Below are positions 1-11,959 of a stretch of 64,000 nucleotides of DNA, in pieces; position 1 is the first letter of the stretch, and every line of letters starts with the position of its first letter. The DNA is from Dictyostelium discoideum (Eukaryota). The stretch is taken from contig CM000151.3 of NCBI GenBank assembly GCA_000004695.1, positions 2,976,001-3,040,000 on the forward strand, written 5' to 3'. The position numbers and the translations under genes were made by a program. A model generated the notes under the pieces. That model was not told the DNA's origin. It searched no databases and saw only the letters and a program-made list of their open reading frames with translations.

Positions 1-1092
1 TTGTTGATTATTATTTTTACTTAATAATTTATAATCCCAAAACCAATTCCAATTTCTTTGTGGTGGATATGTTGCTTTTGGAGTACTAGTTTCAAATTTA
101 ATAGCAATTTCAGTTTGACTTGGATTTTCTAAACCTAGATTTACATTTAAAGATACAGAGGAGCTAATTGACCATCCTAAACATGTTGTATCTTTACTAA
201 CTTGAAGATAACCAGTATCTGGATATCTAATGGTTGAATCATTGCTTGTAGTACCTTGGAAATAATATTTTTGACATGCTACGGTATAGGTCGATGGGGT
301 ATAGGTATAAGCGGCATATGATGGATTACCATAGGTTAATTCCATTGGTAACTTTGAATCAGCACTACCAATTGAACCTACAAAAACAATTGACATTGTT
401 GAAATGGTTTGAGTTTCACTATAAACCATAGCAATGAATTTTGGAATTGTTGCAGATGGATAAAAAGTATGATAACCAGAATAAATTGGATTGGTTGGTA
501 AATTTGAAGAACTTGTAAAATCTTGAGTCCAATAAGTATTATAGGTTGACGATGATGTGTAATAATAACCAACACCTAAAATTTGATAATCTTCACCCAT
601 GATATTCTTTCTGTGACCATCTTGACCACTACCATCTGGTGTACATACTTTATTTCCACTTGGTGAATCACAAATTAATTGATTATTTGTGCTGATTCCA
701 TCTTTATTTCCAGCTGCAATATTTTCAGCCCATGTACCTTCAGTAGACCACTTGTTAAATCTTTGACCAATTGATGTACCATTACAATCACTATGACTAA
801 AACAATTCTTTAATGACATATCAAATGAGTGAGCTTTTGACATACGATTTAATAAATTATCCATATAAAGTGGTGGAACGGCTGAATATGAACTTAACAC
901 TGATGATAAACCAGAATAACCATTCATAAATGATGTCTTGTATTGAACTGGAAACATTCTTGCCAAGTTAATCAAATTATGTGATTCTCTTTCAAGTGAA
1001 CATGGATTACCTTGAGAATCTGATTCACCATATGAATTAACATTTGAACTTTTTAAAATTAATACAATTAAAATTGATAATAATAATTTCAT
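1..1092 (-). CDS. Secreted CAP/SCP (PR-1-like) domain protein with Ser/Thr-rich C-terminal extension; 5' complete (ATG rc at 1090-1092), 3' end runs off the window
   Basis: Reverse-strand translation MKLLLSILIVLILKSSNVNS (signal peptide)...HNLINLARM...GHRKNIMGEDYQILGVGYY (CAP motif-like); coding-type base composition over 1..1090, then an abrupt AT-rich switch; absent from the ORF track because it is open at the window edge. Confidence 0.55.
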   Translation of the reverse strand, partial: MKLLLSILIVLILKSSNVNSYGESDSQGNPCSLERESHNLINLARMFPVQYKTSFMNGYSGLSSVLSSYSAVPPLYMDNLLNRMSKAHSFDMSLKNCFSHSDCNGTSIGQRFNKWSTEGTWAENIAAGNKDGISTNNQLICDSPSGNKVCTPDGSGQDGHRKNIMGEDYQILGVGYYYTSSSTYNTYWTQDFTSSSNLPTNPIYSGYHTFYPSATIPKFIAMVYSETQTISTMSIVFVGSIGSADSKLPMELTYGNPSYAAYTYTPSTYTVACQKYYFQGTTSNDSTIRYPDTGYLQVSKDTTCLGWSISSSVSLNVNLGLENPSQTEIAIKFETSTPKATYPPQRNWNWFWDYKLLSKNNNQQ

Positions 1093-2252
1093 TTTATTGT
1101 TTTTTTTTTTTTAATTGTTATATATATATATTTATAATTTAATTTTTTTTAATTTATATTAATATTTTTAAATTTCTTAATTTATTAATTTACTTTTTTT
1201 ATTTATATATTTGATTATTTGATTATTTGTTTTTGAATGAAATAAATGATTTTTGAATTTTTTTTATTTATACTTTTTTTTTTTAAATTATAATTTTTTT
1301 TTTTTTTTTTTTGATTGGAAAATCTTGGTATTTATAATAAAGCCATTTAATTTATTTTTTTTTTATTTATTCAAATAAAAAAAATAAACGAGTGATTAAA
1401 AAAATAAACAGCAAATTATAGGTTTATCATAATTCATTCTTGAAAAAAAAAAAGTTATTTTGGGTAGGTAAAAAAAAAAATATAAATTGATACATTCTTT
1501 AAATCCAAAAACCTTTTTGATGGTTTTGGCAATATAAAAAATTGTGGAAAATTATTTTGTTAATTTTATTTTTTTAATATTCTTATTTTTTTTTGTAAAA
1601 AAAAAAACCTACCCTCTATAACAGATTATTTTTTTATTTTTTTTTTTTTAATTATGTAATTATTATTATTTTTTTTTTATTTTTTTTTTTTTTTTTTTGT
1701 GGTTAATTCAGATTCAACTTTTATGTACATAGATAATTTTTTGAGTAGGAACAATTATAGAATTAACTACTTGGTTTTTACAAAAAAAAAAAAAAAAAAA
1801 AAAAATAAAAATATAAAAAAGAAAAAAATAAACCACAAATTTTTAGTGACATATATATTAATTTATTTGAAACTATAATTTTGAATTTCATTTTAATAAT
1901 CAACACAAAACTTTTCGTTAATATACTAAAAATTTGCACATAAAATTAAAAAAAAAAAAAAAAATTAAAAAAAAATTAAATATAAAAAAAAAAATAAAAA
2001 AGATTTAAAAAATAAAAATGACTAAAAATAAATTTGATTAAAAAATGGAATATCTTTGTATGGATGGTTTAAAAATAAAAATTTTTTTTTTTTTTTTTTT
2101 ATTAAATTAATTTTTAATTTTTTAGGAATTGTTTAAATTTATTTTATTTTTTTTTTTTTTTTTTTTTTTTTTTTGAAAATTTTTTTTTTTTTTTTTTTTT
2201 TTATTTATTTTTATTTTTATCATAATATCAAGCAAATTAAAAAAAAAGCACA

Positions 2253-2972
2253 ATGTCATCTTCAAACAATATCTATCATATTTTAGATGATCTTGTAAAG
2301 ATGGTAATTCGTGCTTTTTACCCCGATGAATATGCTGTTATTATTGATGGTCTTTTAAGAGAAAAGAAACGGTATATATTTCTAATTCTTTTTTTCTCTT
2401 TTATTATTATCTTTATAGAATTTATAATAATTATTATAAATATTAATAATAAATCACTATTTTTATTTACATTACTAATAATATTTTTTTTTTTCCTTTT
2501 TTTTACTAACTTTATTATAATATACCAATTAAAAATATATTTTCAAATAAAAAATAATAATAATAATAATAAAAATAAAAAACAATAATAAAAATAAAAA
2601 ACAATAACAAAAATAAAAAATAATAATAATAATAATAATAAAATAAATAATAGTATTAAAGATGAAGATTTAGCATTAAGACTTCGTATTCAACAAAAAT
2701 ATGTAAGAAAGATATTAATGGATCTTAAAGGTGATTCAATGGTAAAGAGTTCAGATGTAAAAGTAGAAGCAAAAGGACCAAATGAAAGAGGTAGTACCCA
2801 TCTACTTTGGTATATAGATTATAAACATATCATTGATATTGTAAAATATAAATTATACATGTTTAGAAAGAAGATGGAATCTGTAAAAGTTCAAAAAATT
2901 GACGTTCAAACTTATAAATGTCAAACATGTCATAAAGTGTACACATTTTTTTTATTTATATTCCCATCTTTA

Positions 2973-3061
<89 letters not shown>

Positions 3062-3684
3062 TAATAACTATTATTATTATTATCATCATCATTACTAATT
3101 TCAAACTCTTAAATAATAATTAGATATACAGCATTAGATATTCCAAAATTATTAAATATGGACACTGGTGCATTGGCATGCGAAATTTGCGATGGCGAAT
3201 TAGAAGAGGAATTAAATAATGAATCATTAACACAAACTGCTAAACATCAATCTGATTTGTTTAGTCAATTAAGAAAAATTATTGAACAATTAAAGAAAAC
3301 TGAAGGTCATAATATACCTTTGTATGTTTTTTCTTTTTTTTCTTTTTCTTTTTTTTTTTTTTTTTTTTTCTTTTCTTTTTTTAAAAAAACAAAACAAATA
3401 TAAATATTAATACATCCCTTTTATTTATTATTAAATAGATTTGCAAGAGATTTAGCAGATTTATCAGCAGATCAAGGTCCATCTTATACAATTAATACCA
3501 ATTCATCATTAGGTATGGGTCCAAAACCATCTGCATTTCCTGTTGCACAAGGTGCTGCAACTTCTCATCATATAGATCCAACAAATGAAAATATAGAATT
3601 TCATGTTGATATTTTAGATACTGATGGTATAGAAATTAATAAAGCAGTAGTTAAAAAAGAAAAGTATATATTAAAAAATTTTAA

Positions 3685-3726
<42 letters not shown>

Positions 3727-4341
3727 AAATAATTAAATTTTAAACATTTTTTTTTATTTTTTATCTTCCTCCTTCCGAAACCAATAATTTAATTTAGTAA
3801 AAAAACAGGATTAGCATCACTTCCACCTTGGTTATTGCCAAGTAATTCATTTAAAAATAGAAATGTTAAGTCGAATTCAATCTTGAACAATAATCAACAA
3901 ACTCAAACCTCAACCAACGAACAACCTACTGCTGTTAAAGAACAAATTAAAATTGATCAAGATTTTTATATAAATTATATTAAAACTCATTATCAAGAAT
4001 GGGAGAGTGCTCCTGATAGTGGTGATGCTGATGGTAATGGTAGTAATAGTGGTAGTGGTGGTTCAACCATTGAAGGTAATGATGGTGGTAATGGTGAACA
4101 TCAAAATAAAAAAATGAAATTGGATGATTCACAAACCGTTTCTTCAATGTCACAATCGGATGATGATGGTAAAGATATTTTAGTTAGAGTCGGTGATAAC
4201 TTAATACCAATCACCAAAATCACAGAACATGACCAAGAGTTAATGTCTAATCAAGAATATGAAGATTATAGTCATGCACTCTATTCATATGCTTCCAAAA
4301 ATGTTTTCGATCATCAATATCAAAGTTTAATGTCAAATTAA
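2253..4341 (+). CDS. gtf2e1: General transcription factor IIE alpha subunit (TFIIE-alpha); 5 exons: 2253..2371, 2654..2938, 3124..3321, 3439..3663, 3798..4341
   Basis: VIRAFYPDEYAVIIDGLLREKK, LLWYIDYKHIIDIVKYKLYMFRKKME, YKCQTCHKVY, DTGALACEICDGELEEE (zinc ribbon) and GPSYTINTNS match human GTF2E1 blocks; GT donors (gtatat, gtacac, gtatgt, gtatat) and AG acceptors keep the frame; introns carry (AAT)n and poly-T. Confidence 0.75.
2961..3060. repeat. (AAT)n microsatellite within TFIIE-alpha intron 2
   Basis: ~33 perfect AAT units. Confidence 0.9.
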
Positions 4342-4578
4342 TTTAATCTAATTTTTTTTTTTCCTTTTTTTTTTTTTTTTTCTTTTTCTTTTTTTTTTTT
4401 TTTAATCCTTTAAACTAAACTTGTAAATAATTATAAATAAACTTTAAAAAATAAAATAAAATAAAATAAACCAATAAAATTAATGAAAATAATACTTTTT
4501 TTTTTTATTTACATAGAAATTTTTTATTTCTTTTATACAAAATACTTTATTTATAAAGTTTTTTTTTTTTTTTTTTTT

Positions 4579-5451
4579 CTATTCGTCTTCTTCTATTGTA
4601 GGTTCTTCCCCACCATCATCTTCAGCTACTTCATCATCTTGATTTTCTCCACCATCCTCTTCATTTTCATCATCATCACCAGCAGATTGGTTTGTCCACC
4701 AAGAAACCATACCTAAACCTGCTTCTCTCATTGACACTTTTAAGATCAAAGGAGATTTAACTTGTTTCAAAAGATTTTCATTTTCAATTTGTTTTTCTTT
4801 ATATTCTCTCAATGAATAAGAATCCATTGCTTCTGTATTTACATTTTTTGGTGATGGTGCTGGTTGTGATATCTCTGGATTAAATTCAACTTGATCAATT
4901 TTAAATCTAACCCTACCACCATCTTCAAAAAACAATTGATTTTCATTCCATTCCCAATACCATAATCCTTCTTCTTGATTACTAAAATAAATTTGAATTA
5001 AAATTAAAATTTTATTATTATTAATTATTTATTATTTATTTAATTAATTATTTAACTATTATTTATTAATTATTAATTATTAATTTTATATTTACTAATT
5101 TGATGGATTTGGTAATTCGATTGGATTTAAATAAATTTCATGAAAGAAACCAAGAGAAATTTGAATTGATTGTCTTGAAGACTTTTTTATAACACCTTCC
5201 AAAACTTCACCTTTGAAAGGTTTAAATACAACCATTCTAAAACGAACCATAAGGTGAGCACCTCCGTCACCTGAATGAACATATGAATCACCTGTTCCTA
5301 ATATATCATATAATGCTACAAATAAACCTGCATTTAATACAACTTTACTTGTATACTTCTTTTCAATTTCATCTTCAATTGTTTGTACTTCATTATTGAA
5401 TTGACTTGGTGCTATTCTAACTTTATCTTCAATCGTTATTAAATGAAACAT
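4579..5451 (-). CDS. polr3h: RNA polymerase III subunit RPC8 (POLR3H/Rpc25) with acidic C-terminal tail; 2 exons: 5096..5451 and 4579..4981
   Basis: MFHLITIEDKVRIAPSQF...FKPFKGEVLEGVIK...EEGLWYWEW...GLGMVSWWTNQ parallels human POLR3H (MFVLVEMVDTVRIPPWQF...GLGLLSWWTSN); donor gtaaat and acceptor tttag on the minus strand. Confidence 0.75.
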
Positions 5452-5833
5452 TATATTGTTTCATGTATAATAAATATAGATTGAAACGAAAAAAAAAAAA
5501 AATAAAAAGAAATTGAAAAACATTTTGAAAAAAAAAATTTTCTTTTTTTTTTTTTTTTTTTTCTTTTTTTTTTTTTTTTTCTCTATTCTCAAAAATAACA
5601 ATTATTTTTATATTTTTTTTTTTTTTTTTACATTTTTTTTCATCCAATCAGAATAAAATAAAATAAAACAAAATAAAATAAAATAAAATAAAATAAAATA
5701 AAATAAAATAAAATAAAATAAAATATAAAAAAATAATTTTTTTTTTTTTTTTTACTCCATTCAAAAAAAAGGCAAAGTTATACTTAAATAAAAAAAAAAA
5801 AATAAATACACTTATCAGAGTTATTAATCCAAT

Positions 5834-5894
5834 TGCCCGAGAATCAAAGGATTTTATTCTTTTTTATAAGATAAATCTTTTCATTCTCGGGCAT
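5834..5894. other. Perfect 11-bp stem (tgcccgagaat / attctcgggca) with a 39-nt loop, in the intergenic region upstream of polr3h
   Basis: GC-containing inverted repeat in AT-rich context; candidate small structured RNA or regulatory hairpin. Confidence 0.3.
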
Positions 5895-6288
5895 TGTTGA
5901 TAGGTAGATGCTATATTAAACAGCTTTCACTAAATATTTTTTAATATTAAAAAAAAAAATAAAACAACTTTTATACATGACACAGAAATAAACATTGAAA
6001 TTTTTTAATTTTCGTTCAAGATAAATTTTAAAAATACATTTTATTCTAATAATAATTTTTACTAATATTAATTTATATTATAGGTTGATTGCCATGAAAC
6101 AAAATTAAAAAATCAAAGTTTAGTGAACTATATTTGGCTGAAAGGGGTGTCTCTGGCTGTGTCGGCTCCCGAACAAAACAAAAAAAAAAACAAAACAAAA
6201 CAAAATAAAATAAAACAAAATAAAACAAAATAAAACAAAATAAAATTTATTAAATAAACTAAAAAAAAAAATTAAACAAATAAACAAA

Positions 6289-6322
<34 letters not shown>

Positions 6323-6371
6323 AAATAAATAAATAATCGAATAATTTTATAAAGTTAATTTTTAATACTTT

Positions 6372-6819
6372 TTATTGTTTTGAAATTTCAGATTCATTAT
6401 CTTTTTGTTTATTAAATTCATCTGATTTTTTTGTATTTCTTCTTTTAATTAAAAGTACAGTGACTATAATTATAAATACAATCACTGAAAATCCAATAAT
6501 TGATATTAAGATTGGTATTAAAATATTCTTTTTCTTTACTTGATTTGGTTCAATTGGTGAGCCACCTCTTGCGATAAAACTTTGAGCATATTTTTCATTA
6601 TGATGTAATGGAATTTTAAAGTTTGTATACTTTTCATATGATAATGTATCAATATTATAAACGATTAAAACATTTGATTTATCTGAATAAAATAAACAAA
6701 ATAATTATTTTTCTATTTTAATAAAATTTATTGGTTATAAAATTTTTTATCATACAAAGCATGAGTGAATAGTATTTTATACACAATTTATTATTCCAAT
6801 AAATTAAGGTTGAAACCAT
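6372..6819 (-). CDS. Hypothetical small (~125 aa) single-pass membrane protein; 2 exons: 6756..6819 and 6372..6682
   Basis: Exon 2 encodes ...GGSPIEPNQVKKKNILIPILISIIGFSVIVFIIIVTVLLIKRRNTKK... (TM helix plus basic stop-transfer); exon 1 ATG (rc 6817-6819), donor gtatga, acceptor ttattcag; not in the ORF track because it is split by an intron. Confidence 0.35.
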
Positions 6820-6880
6820 TTTTTTTTTTTTTTTTTTTTTATTCACACTTTTTTTTTTTTTTTTTCTTTTTAAAAAATAA

Positions 6881-7756
6881 TTATATTTTATAATTATTTA
6901 ATTTTTTATGATTAAATACAGGTATGTTTTCTCTACAAGTTGAAATGTAATCGAGATCTATATCAACAAAAGCGATATCATTTAGGTTATCAGGTAAATC
7001 ATGTAAGACCTTACCCCAAGGATCAATGATCATTGAATGGCCATAGGAAGATCTTTTAGAATGATGATCACCAGTTTGAGCAGCAGCGATGACATAAGTT
7101 TGATTTTCAATTGCTCTTGCTTGAAGTAATGGTTTCCAATGTGCTTCACCAGTACTCTTCATAAATGCACTTGGTACCAATAGAATTTGAGCATCCATTC
7201 TTCTTAGACTTAGATAAAGTTCTGGAAAACGTAAATCATAACAAATTGATAAACCAAGTTTACCAACTGGTGAATCACAAACCACTAAATCATTACCACC
7301 TTTAACAACTTTACTTTCATTCATTTTAACACCCTTTGATGGAATATCGACATCAAATAAATGCATCTTTCTATACTCGCAAACTATTACACCATTTGAA
7401 TCAATGATTAAATGAGTATTGTAGATCATATCATTTGGATCATCCAATATCTTTTCATGAAATCCACCTAATGATAACCAAATATTATTTTGCTTTGCTA
7501 AATCTTTATATCTTTCAATGATTCCTCCTTTTTGATCTAAATACTCTGCATTATCTCTTGATTCAAATTGATGAATTCCACCACTTATAAATGCAAAACA
7601 TTCTGGTAAACAAAATAAATTCACTTTATTTTCAACAGCTTTCTCTATCATTTCTTTACATTTTCTAAAATTATCCTCTTTATTATTGGTACTTGTAATT
7701 TGACCTAATCCAATCCTTTTTAATTTATTCATTAATATTTTTGAATTTCTAATCAT
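6881..7756 (-). CDS. nit1: Nitrilase-family Nit1 homologue (carbon-nitrogen hydrolase), 291 aa, single exon
   Basis: LGQITSTNNKEDNF...LPECFAFI...IWLSLGGFHEK...YRKMHLFDV...GLSICYDLRFPEL...VPSAFMKSTGEAHW...ARAIENQTYVIAAAQTG...YGHSMIIDPWG aligns along its length with mammalian NIT1 (E-K-C catalytic-triad context). Confidence 0.85.
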   Translation of the reverse strand: MIRNSKILMNKLKRIGLGQITSTNNKEDNFRKCKEMIEKAVENKVNLFCLPECFAFISGGIHQFESRDNAEYLDQKGGIIERYKDLAKQNNIWLSLGGFHEKILDDPNDMIYNTHLIIDSNGVIVCEYRKMHLFDVDIPSKGVKMNESKVVKGGNDLVVCDSPVGKLGLSICYDLRFPELYLSLRRMDAQILLVPSAFMKSTGEAHWKPLLQARAIENQTYVIAAAQTGDHHSKRSSYGHSMIIDPWGKVLHDLPDNLNDIAFVDIDLDYISTCRENIPVFNHKKLNNYKI

Positions 7757-8112
7757 GATATTTAATTATAAAAATTGAAAATAAAAATAAAAAAAAAAAA
7801 TAAAAAAATAAAAAAAAAATTGAAAAATAAATTAAAATGTTGGTTTGTTTAAAAATTATAATTTGGTATTAAAAAAAAAAATGGATTTATTTTCAAAAAG
7901 AGATTCCATTTTATAATAGCTTTCCAAGAAATAATCCAGATTTCCAAAACATTTTTTTTTTTTTTTTAATAAATATGGATAAATAAGGAAAACAAATGGA
8001 AATAGTTTATTGTGACATTTTATTTTATTTTATTTTTTTTAATCAATTCAGATAATAAGTATTTGGATATTTGTAAATACCATTAGCATATTGTTAGGAT
8101 ATCTTAATTTTC

Positions 8113-9640
8113 TTACAATTGTTGTACGAAATTAGATGGGAAGAAACCTTGTTCACCTGTTGGTAAAGATCCCTATAAAAATAAAAATAAAAATAAAATT
8201 AGCTACTATTATTGACTAATTGATTGATTAATTAATCAATTAATTAATACTTACTTGCCACCAACCATCTGGATCACTTTGATCTAAAATTGTAATGATA
8301 TCACCTTCTCTGAAAGAAAGATCACCATCATTTTCACCATTATAATCGTAAAGTGCTTTAGCTTGAAGATAACCACTTTGATCGTATTGCTCTTCAGCTG
8401 GCTGTTCATATTGTTGTTGTTCTTCTTGATAATATTGTTGATCTTCAGTTGGTTGTTCGTATTGTTGTTGCTCTTCTTGATAATATTGTTGTTCTTCGGT
8501 TGGTTGTTCTTCATATTGTTGTTGTTCTTCTTGATAATATTGTTGTTCTTCAGTTGGTTGTTCTTCGTATTGTTGTTGTGGTTCTTCTTGATAATATTGT
8601 TGTTCTTCAGTTGGTTGCTCTTCATATTGTTGTTGTTGTTCTTCTTCATATTGTGGTTCTTCATATTGTGGTTCTTCATGAACTGGTTCTTGATAAACTG
8701 GTTGGACTGGTGCAGCTGGTTTATTTACACGTGATGGTACTGGAGCAGCTGGACGTGATGGAGCTGGTGGTTCTTGTTGTTGTTGAGTTGCAGCTGGGAA
8801 ACGATTTAAAACACTTCCTTTTGAAGGAGCAGGTCTTGGTTGTGGTGGAGCAGTTTCAGTTGGTTTTGAAACTTGTTCTTGGAATTTATTACCAACAGTA
8901 CGAGATGGTGGTGGAGCATTAACTCTTGATGCTTGTTGTTGCTGTTGTTGTTGTTGTTGTTTTTGTTTCTCTGCTTGTTGTTGTTTCCAATAGTCATCTC
9001 TTTCGGTGGATAAATTATATTCTGGACGAGTTGGTTTGGCTGGTTCAGATTTATTTGCTTGATTTTGTTTCCAATATTCTGCAGATTCTTGAATTTTGTT
9101 ATAATCGTTTTTGTTGATGACATTTTTAACCTCAGCATTTGATTTGGTTGCAGCTTCTCTACCTTGACTAACCGATTGTGGAATGAAGGTACCTTTGGTA
9201 GCACCTTGTACCTTTGAACCACTATCGTATGAGGCACCAGTTGCTTTGTTCAATGCAGCGGTGATTGCTTTCTCGTCGATATCTTCCTCTGAACGAGCGT
9301 TAACTTGATGATGAATTGGTTTGAAAGATTTTGAAAATTCGATTGCGTGTCCACTGAAAGCGCCTTTGATTGGTCCGTTTACACCATCACCACACCATGG
9401 AATGTATACAAACTTTGGCATATTATTAATAACAAAACGAATATAAGCAAAACGAATACTTGAATCATCTAATTCCTCTCTCAACTCTTTCAAATCACCT
9501 GATCCACTATCACAAAATTTAATTTTGTTATTTGATTTTGGTACATATGAAAAAACAATCCAACGATTTGCTGGATTACCATCTTGAACTAATTTAATAT
9601 ATTTTGTAATATCTGGATCACTAATATCTAATGATGCCAT
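8113..9640 (-). CDS. abpE: Abp1/drebrin-like actin-binding protein: N-terminal ADF-H domain, Pro/Gln-rich repeat linker, C-terminal SH3; 2 exons: 8266..9640 and 8113..8172
   Basis: ADF-H: IVFSYVPKSNN...RFAYIRFVINNMPKFVYIPWCGDGV; SH3: AKALYDYNGENDGDLSFREGDIITILDQSDPDGWWQ then gtaagt intron then GSLPTGEQGFFPSNFVQQL*; four tandem copies of QQYEEQPTEEQQYYQEE. Confidence 0.8.
8398..8660 (-). repeat. Coding tandem repeat (~57-60 bp x4) inside abpE giving (Q)QQYEEQPTEEQQYYQEE units
   Basis: Repeated DNA ttgttcttcttgataatattgttgttcttc(a/g)gttggttg...; repeated peptide in the ORF. Confidence 0.8.
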
Positions 9641-9942
9641 CTTCTATGTTTTTCTAATTTATCTCTTTTAAATATATAATACAACAATTTTAAATTAAAT
9701 CAAAAAAAAAAAAAAAAAAAAAAAAATTAAAAATTAAAAAAAAAAAATTAAAAAAAAAAAAAAAAAAAATTAAAAAAAAAAAAAAATATAAAAAAAAAAA
9801 TTATAAAAAAAAAAAAAGATATTTTTTTTAAAAAAAAAAAGACACCTGTGTTTATTCTGAAATTGTCTCCATATTTGTTTTGGTTCAAAGAATAATATTT
9901 GTTGGTTGTGTTGATAAAGGTAAAGTATTTGGATAATATTTA

Positions 9943-9976
<34 letters not shown>

Positions 9977-10239
9977 CTTTTTAAAATTTAAAATTTTCCC
10001 CAATGAATAACTAAATCAAACTTTAATTTTGGTTTAAACATTTTTCCTAAAAAATAAATAAATTAAAAAAAAAAATCTCTGCCATAGCATTTATCTTTTT
10101 TTTTTTTTTTTTGCCAACATAATATTATGTGTTTTGAAACACTTTTTTTTTTTTATTTTCACTTTTTTTTTACAATCTTATTTTTTAACTAAAAAATCTT
10201 TTTATTTTTTAAATTTTATTTTTATTTTATTTTTATTTT

Positions 10240-10291
<52 letters not shown>

Positions 10292-10447
10292 AGCCGAGTC
10301 ATTTGGCTTAATTTTTTGATTCATTTTTTTTTTTTTTTTTTTTTTAAAATTGATAAATTAGTCAATATCATTGGATCAATAATAATATTGATTTAATTTT
10401 TTTTTTTTTGATAAAAAAAAAAAAAAAAAATTTGGAAAAAAAAAAAG

Positions 10448-11269
10448 ATGTTTAGCAAATTAATAACCCCACAAATAAAAAATTATAAAAATTTTTCAAA
10501 ATTTTCAATATTTTCACTTTCAAACACATCATCACTCTTGAATAAAAGTAATAAAAATATTAATTTTATCAAATATAATATTGCAACAAAAGATTATCAA
10601 CTTTCTAAAACAATTATAAATGATCAATTTACATTAATAAATAATAATAGATATTATTCAATCAGAAAAAGTATGGCCACATTATCATCATCGTCTTCGT
10701 CATCATCACCAACAACACCACCAACACCACCAACACCATCATCACCATCATCAATGAAAACAGAAGTTGTTTCATCAATATCAAATACAACAACAGTGGA
10801 AAATAATAATAATAATAATAATTCAACATCAGAACCAACAATCAATCCAATTTTTAATAATAATGAAAATAATAAAACTCTTTTCGATAAAATTATGAAG
10901 AATACATATGAATATCCAAGATTTAGTAAACAATGGTGGACAGAAAAAGCATACATTTTCATAGTCTTTGGTATTACAGGTACTTCATCACTTCATGTAG
11001 TTAAATTTTTATTGAAATATTTAATTGGTTATCAAAATCCAGTTAGTCCATTCCGGGGAGGTTTGGAATTAATTCAAAATGATCCAAAATATGTAATAGT
11101 TTATTTTTTAACAATGTATACAGTTTATCCTTTCATTCTCATTTCATATGGAACTTTATTTGGAAGATTTCAATACTTTATCAAACTCTTTAATAGAATG
11201 TCAATTTTCTCTCAATTAAAAAGATTATTCTTAAAATTTTCAAAAAAATCTTCAAATAAAAAAGAATAA
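10448..11269 (+). CDS. Hypothetical protein, 273 aa: Ser/Pro/Asn-rich N-terminal half, C-terminal half with 2-3 predicted TM helices
   Basis: Single long ORF in AT-rich DNA; hydrophobic segments AYIFIVFGITGTSSLHVVKFLL and YVIVYFLTMYTVYPFILISYGTLF; no family recognised. Confidence 0.45.
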   Translation: MFSKLITPQIKNYKNFSKFSIFSLSNTSSLLNKSNKNINFIKYNIATKDYQLSKTIINDQFTLINNNRYYSIRKSMATLSSSSSSSSPTTPPTPPTPSSPSSMKTEVVSSISNTTTVENNNNNNNSTSEPTINPIFNNNENNKTLFDKIMKNTYEYPRFSKQWWTEKAYIFIVFGITGTSSLHVVKFLLKYLIGYQNPVSPFRGGLELIQNDPKYVIVYFLTMYTVYPFILISYGTLFGRFQYFIKLFNRMSIFSQLKRLFLKFSKKSSNKKE

Positions 11270-11292
11270 TATATTTTTTTTTCTTTTAAAAT

Positions 11293-11372
<80 letters not shown>

Positions 11373-11408
11373 TATAATAATTATACTAATAAAAATAATA
11401 AACAAATT

Positions 11409-11550
11409 TAGTAAATATTTTATTATTTGAGGGTTTCTTTCATTTCCAACAATCTTTTTATTATTTGAGGCTTTCTTTCATTTCCAACAATCTTTTTTTA
11501 ATTTTTTAAAAATTTAGTAAATATTTTATTATTTGAGGGTTTCTTTATAT
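11409..11550. repeat. Degenerate ~40-bp tandem repeats (tattatttgagg[g/c]tttctttcatttccaacaatcttttt x2 plus partial third), flanked by a 25-unit (AAT)n at 11291..11372
   Basis: Direct read; related motifs tcattcccaacaatgttttt at 11742 and atgatttggt at 11582 and 11731. Confidence 0.7.
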
Positions 11551-11904
11551 TTTCTGACTTTTTTTTTTTTTCATTTTTCCCAAAGTCCACAATGATTTGG
11601 TAAGGGGAACTACAAAAAAATTAAAAAATAAAAGAAAAATAAAAAAAAGAAGCGACCAACGAACTGCATAAAATTTCACCACTCTAATGCTGAAATTTTT
11701 TTATATCCCGCCAACCTTATGATTTGGTGTTTCATTCCCAACAATGTTTTTTTTTTTTTTATTTTTTTTATTTTTTTTATTTTTTTTATTTTCCCACAGC
11801 AAAAAATAAAAAAAACATAAAATTAAGACATCTCATTTCCGTATTTTTTTTTTTTTTTATTAAATAAATAATAACAAACGGGTAATAATAGATTTCGAAT
11901 ATTT

Positions 11905-11959
<55 letters not shown>

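Noticed and set aside
2253-2588. 111-aa ORF 2253..2588 and 126-aa ORF 2718..3098 as separate genes
   Set aside because: They are exons 1 and 2 of TFIIE-alpha extended by read-through into introns (poly-N from (AAT)n). Proper splicing joins them.
5647-6310. (AAAAT)n and (AAAAC)n runs as a possible telomere-like or centromeric array
   Set aside because: Short (<80 bp), interstitial and flanked by unique genes. These are ordinary AT-rich microsatellites.
8284-9237. Five overlapping ORFs (8284..8679-, 8363..8734+, 8449..8922+, 8806..9237-, 8926..9117+) with poly-N/L/V-rich translations
   Set aside because: Alternative-frame or antisense shadows of the repetitive Gln/Glu/Pro-rich abpE coding region. 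The abpE frame has clear ADF-H and SH3 homology.
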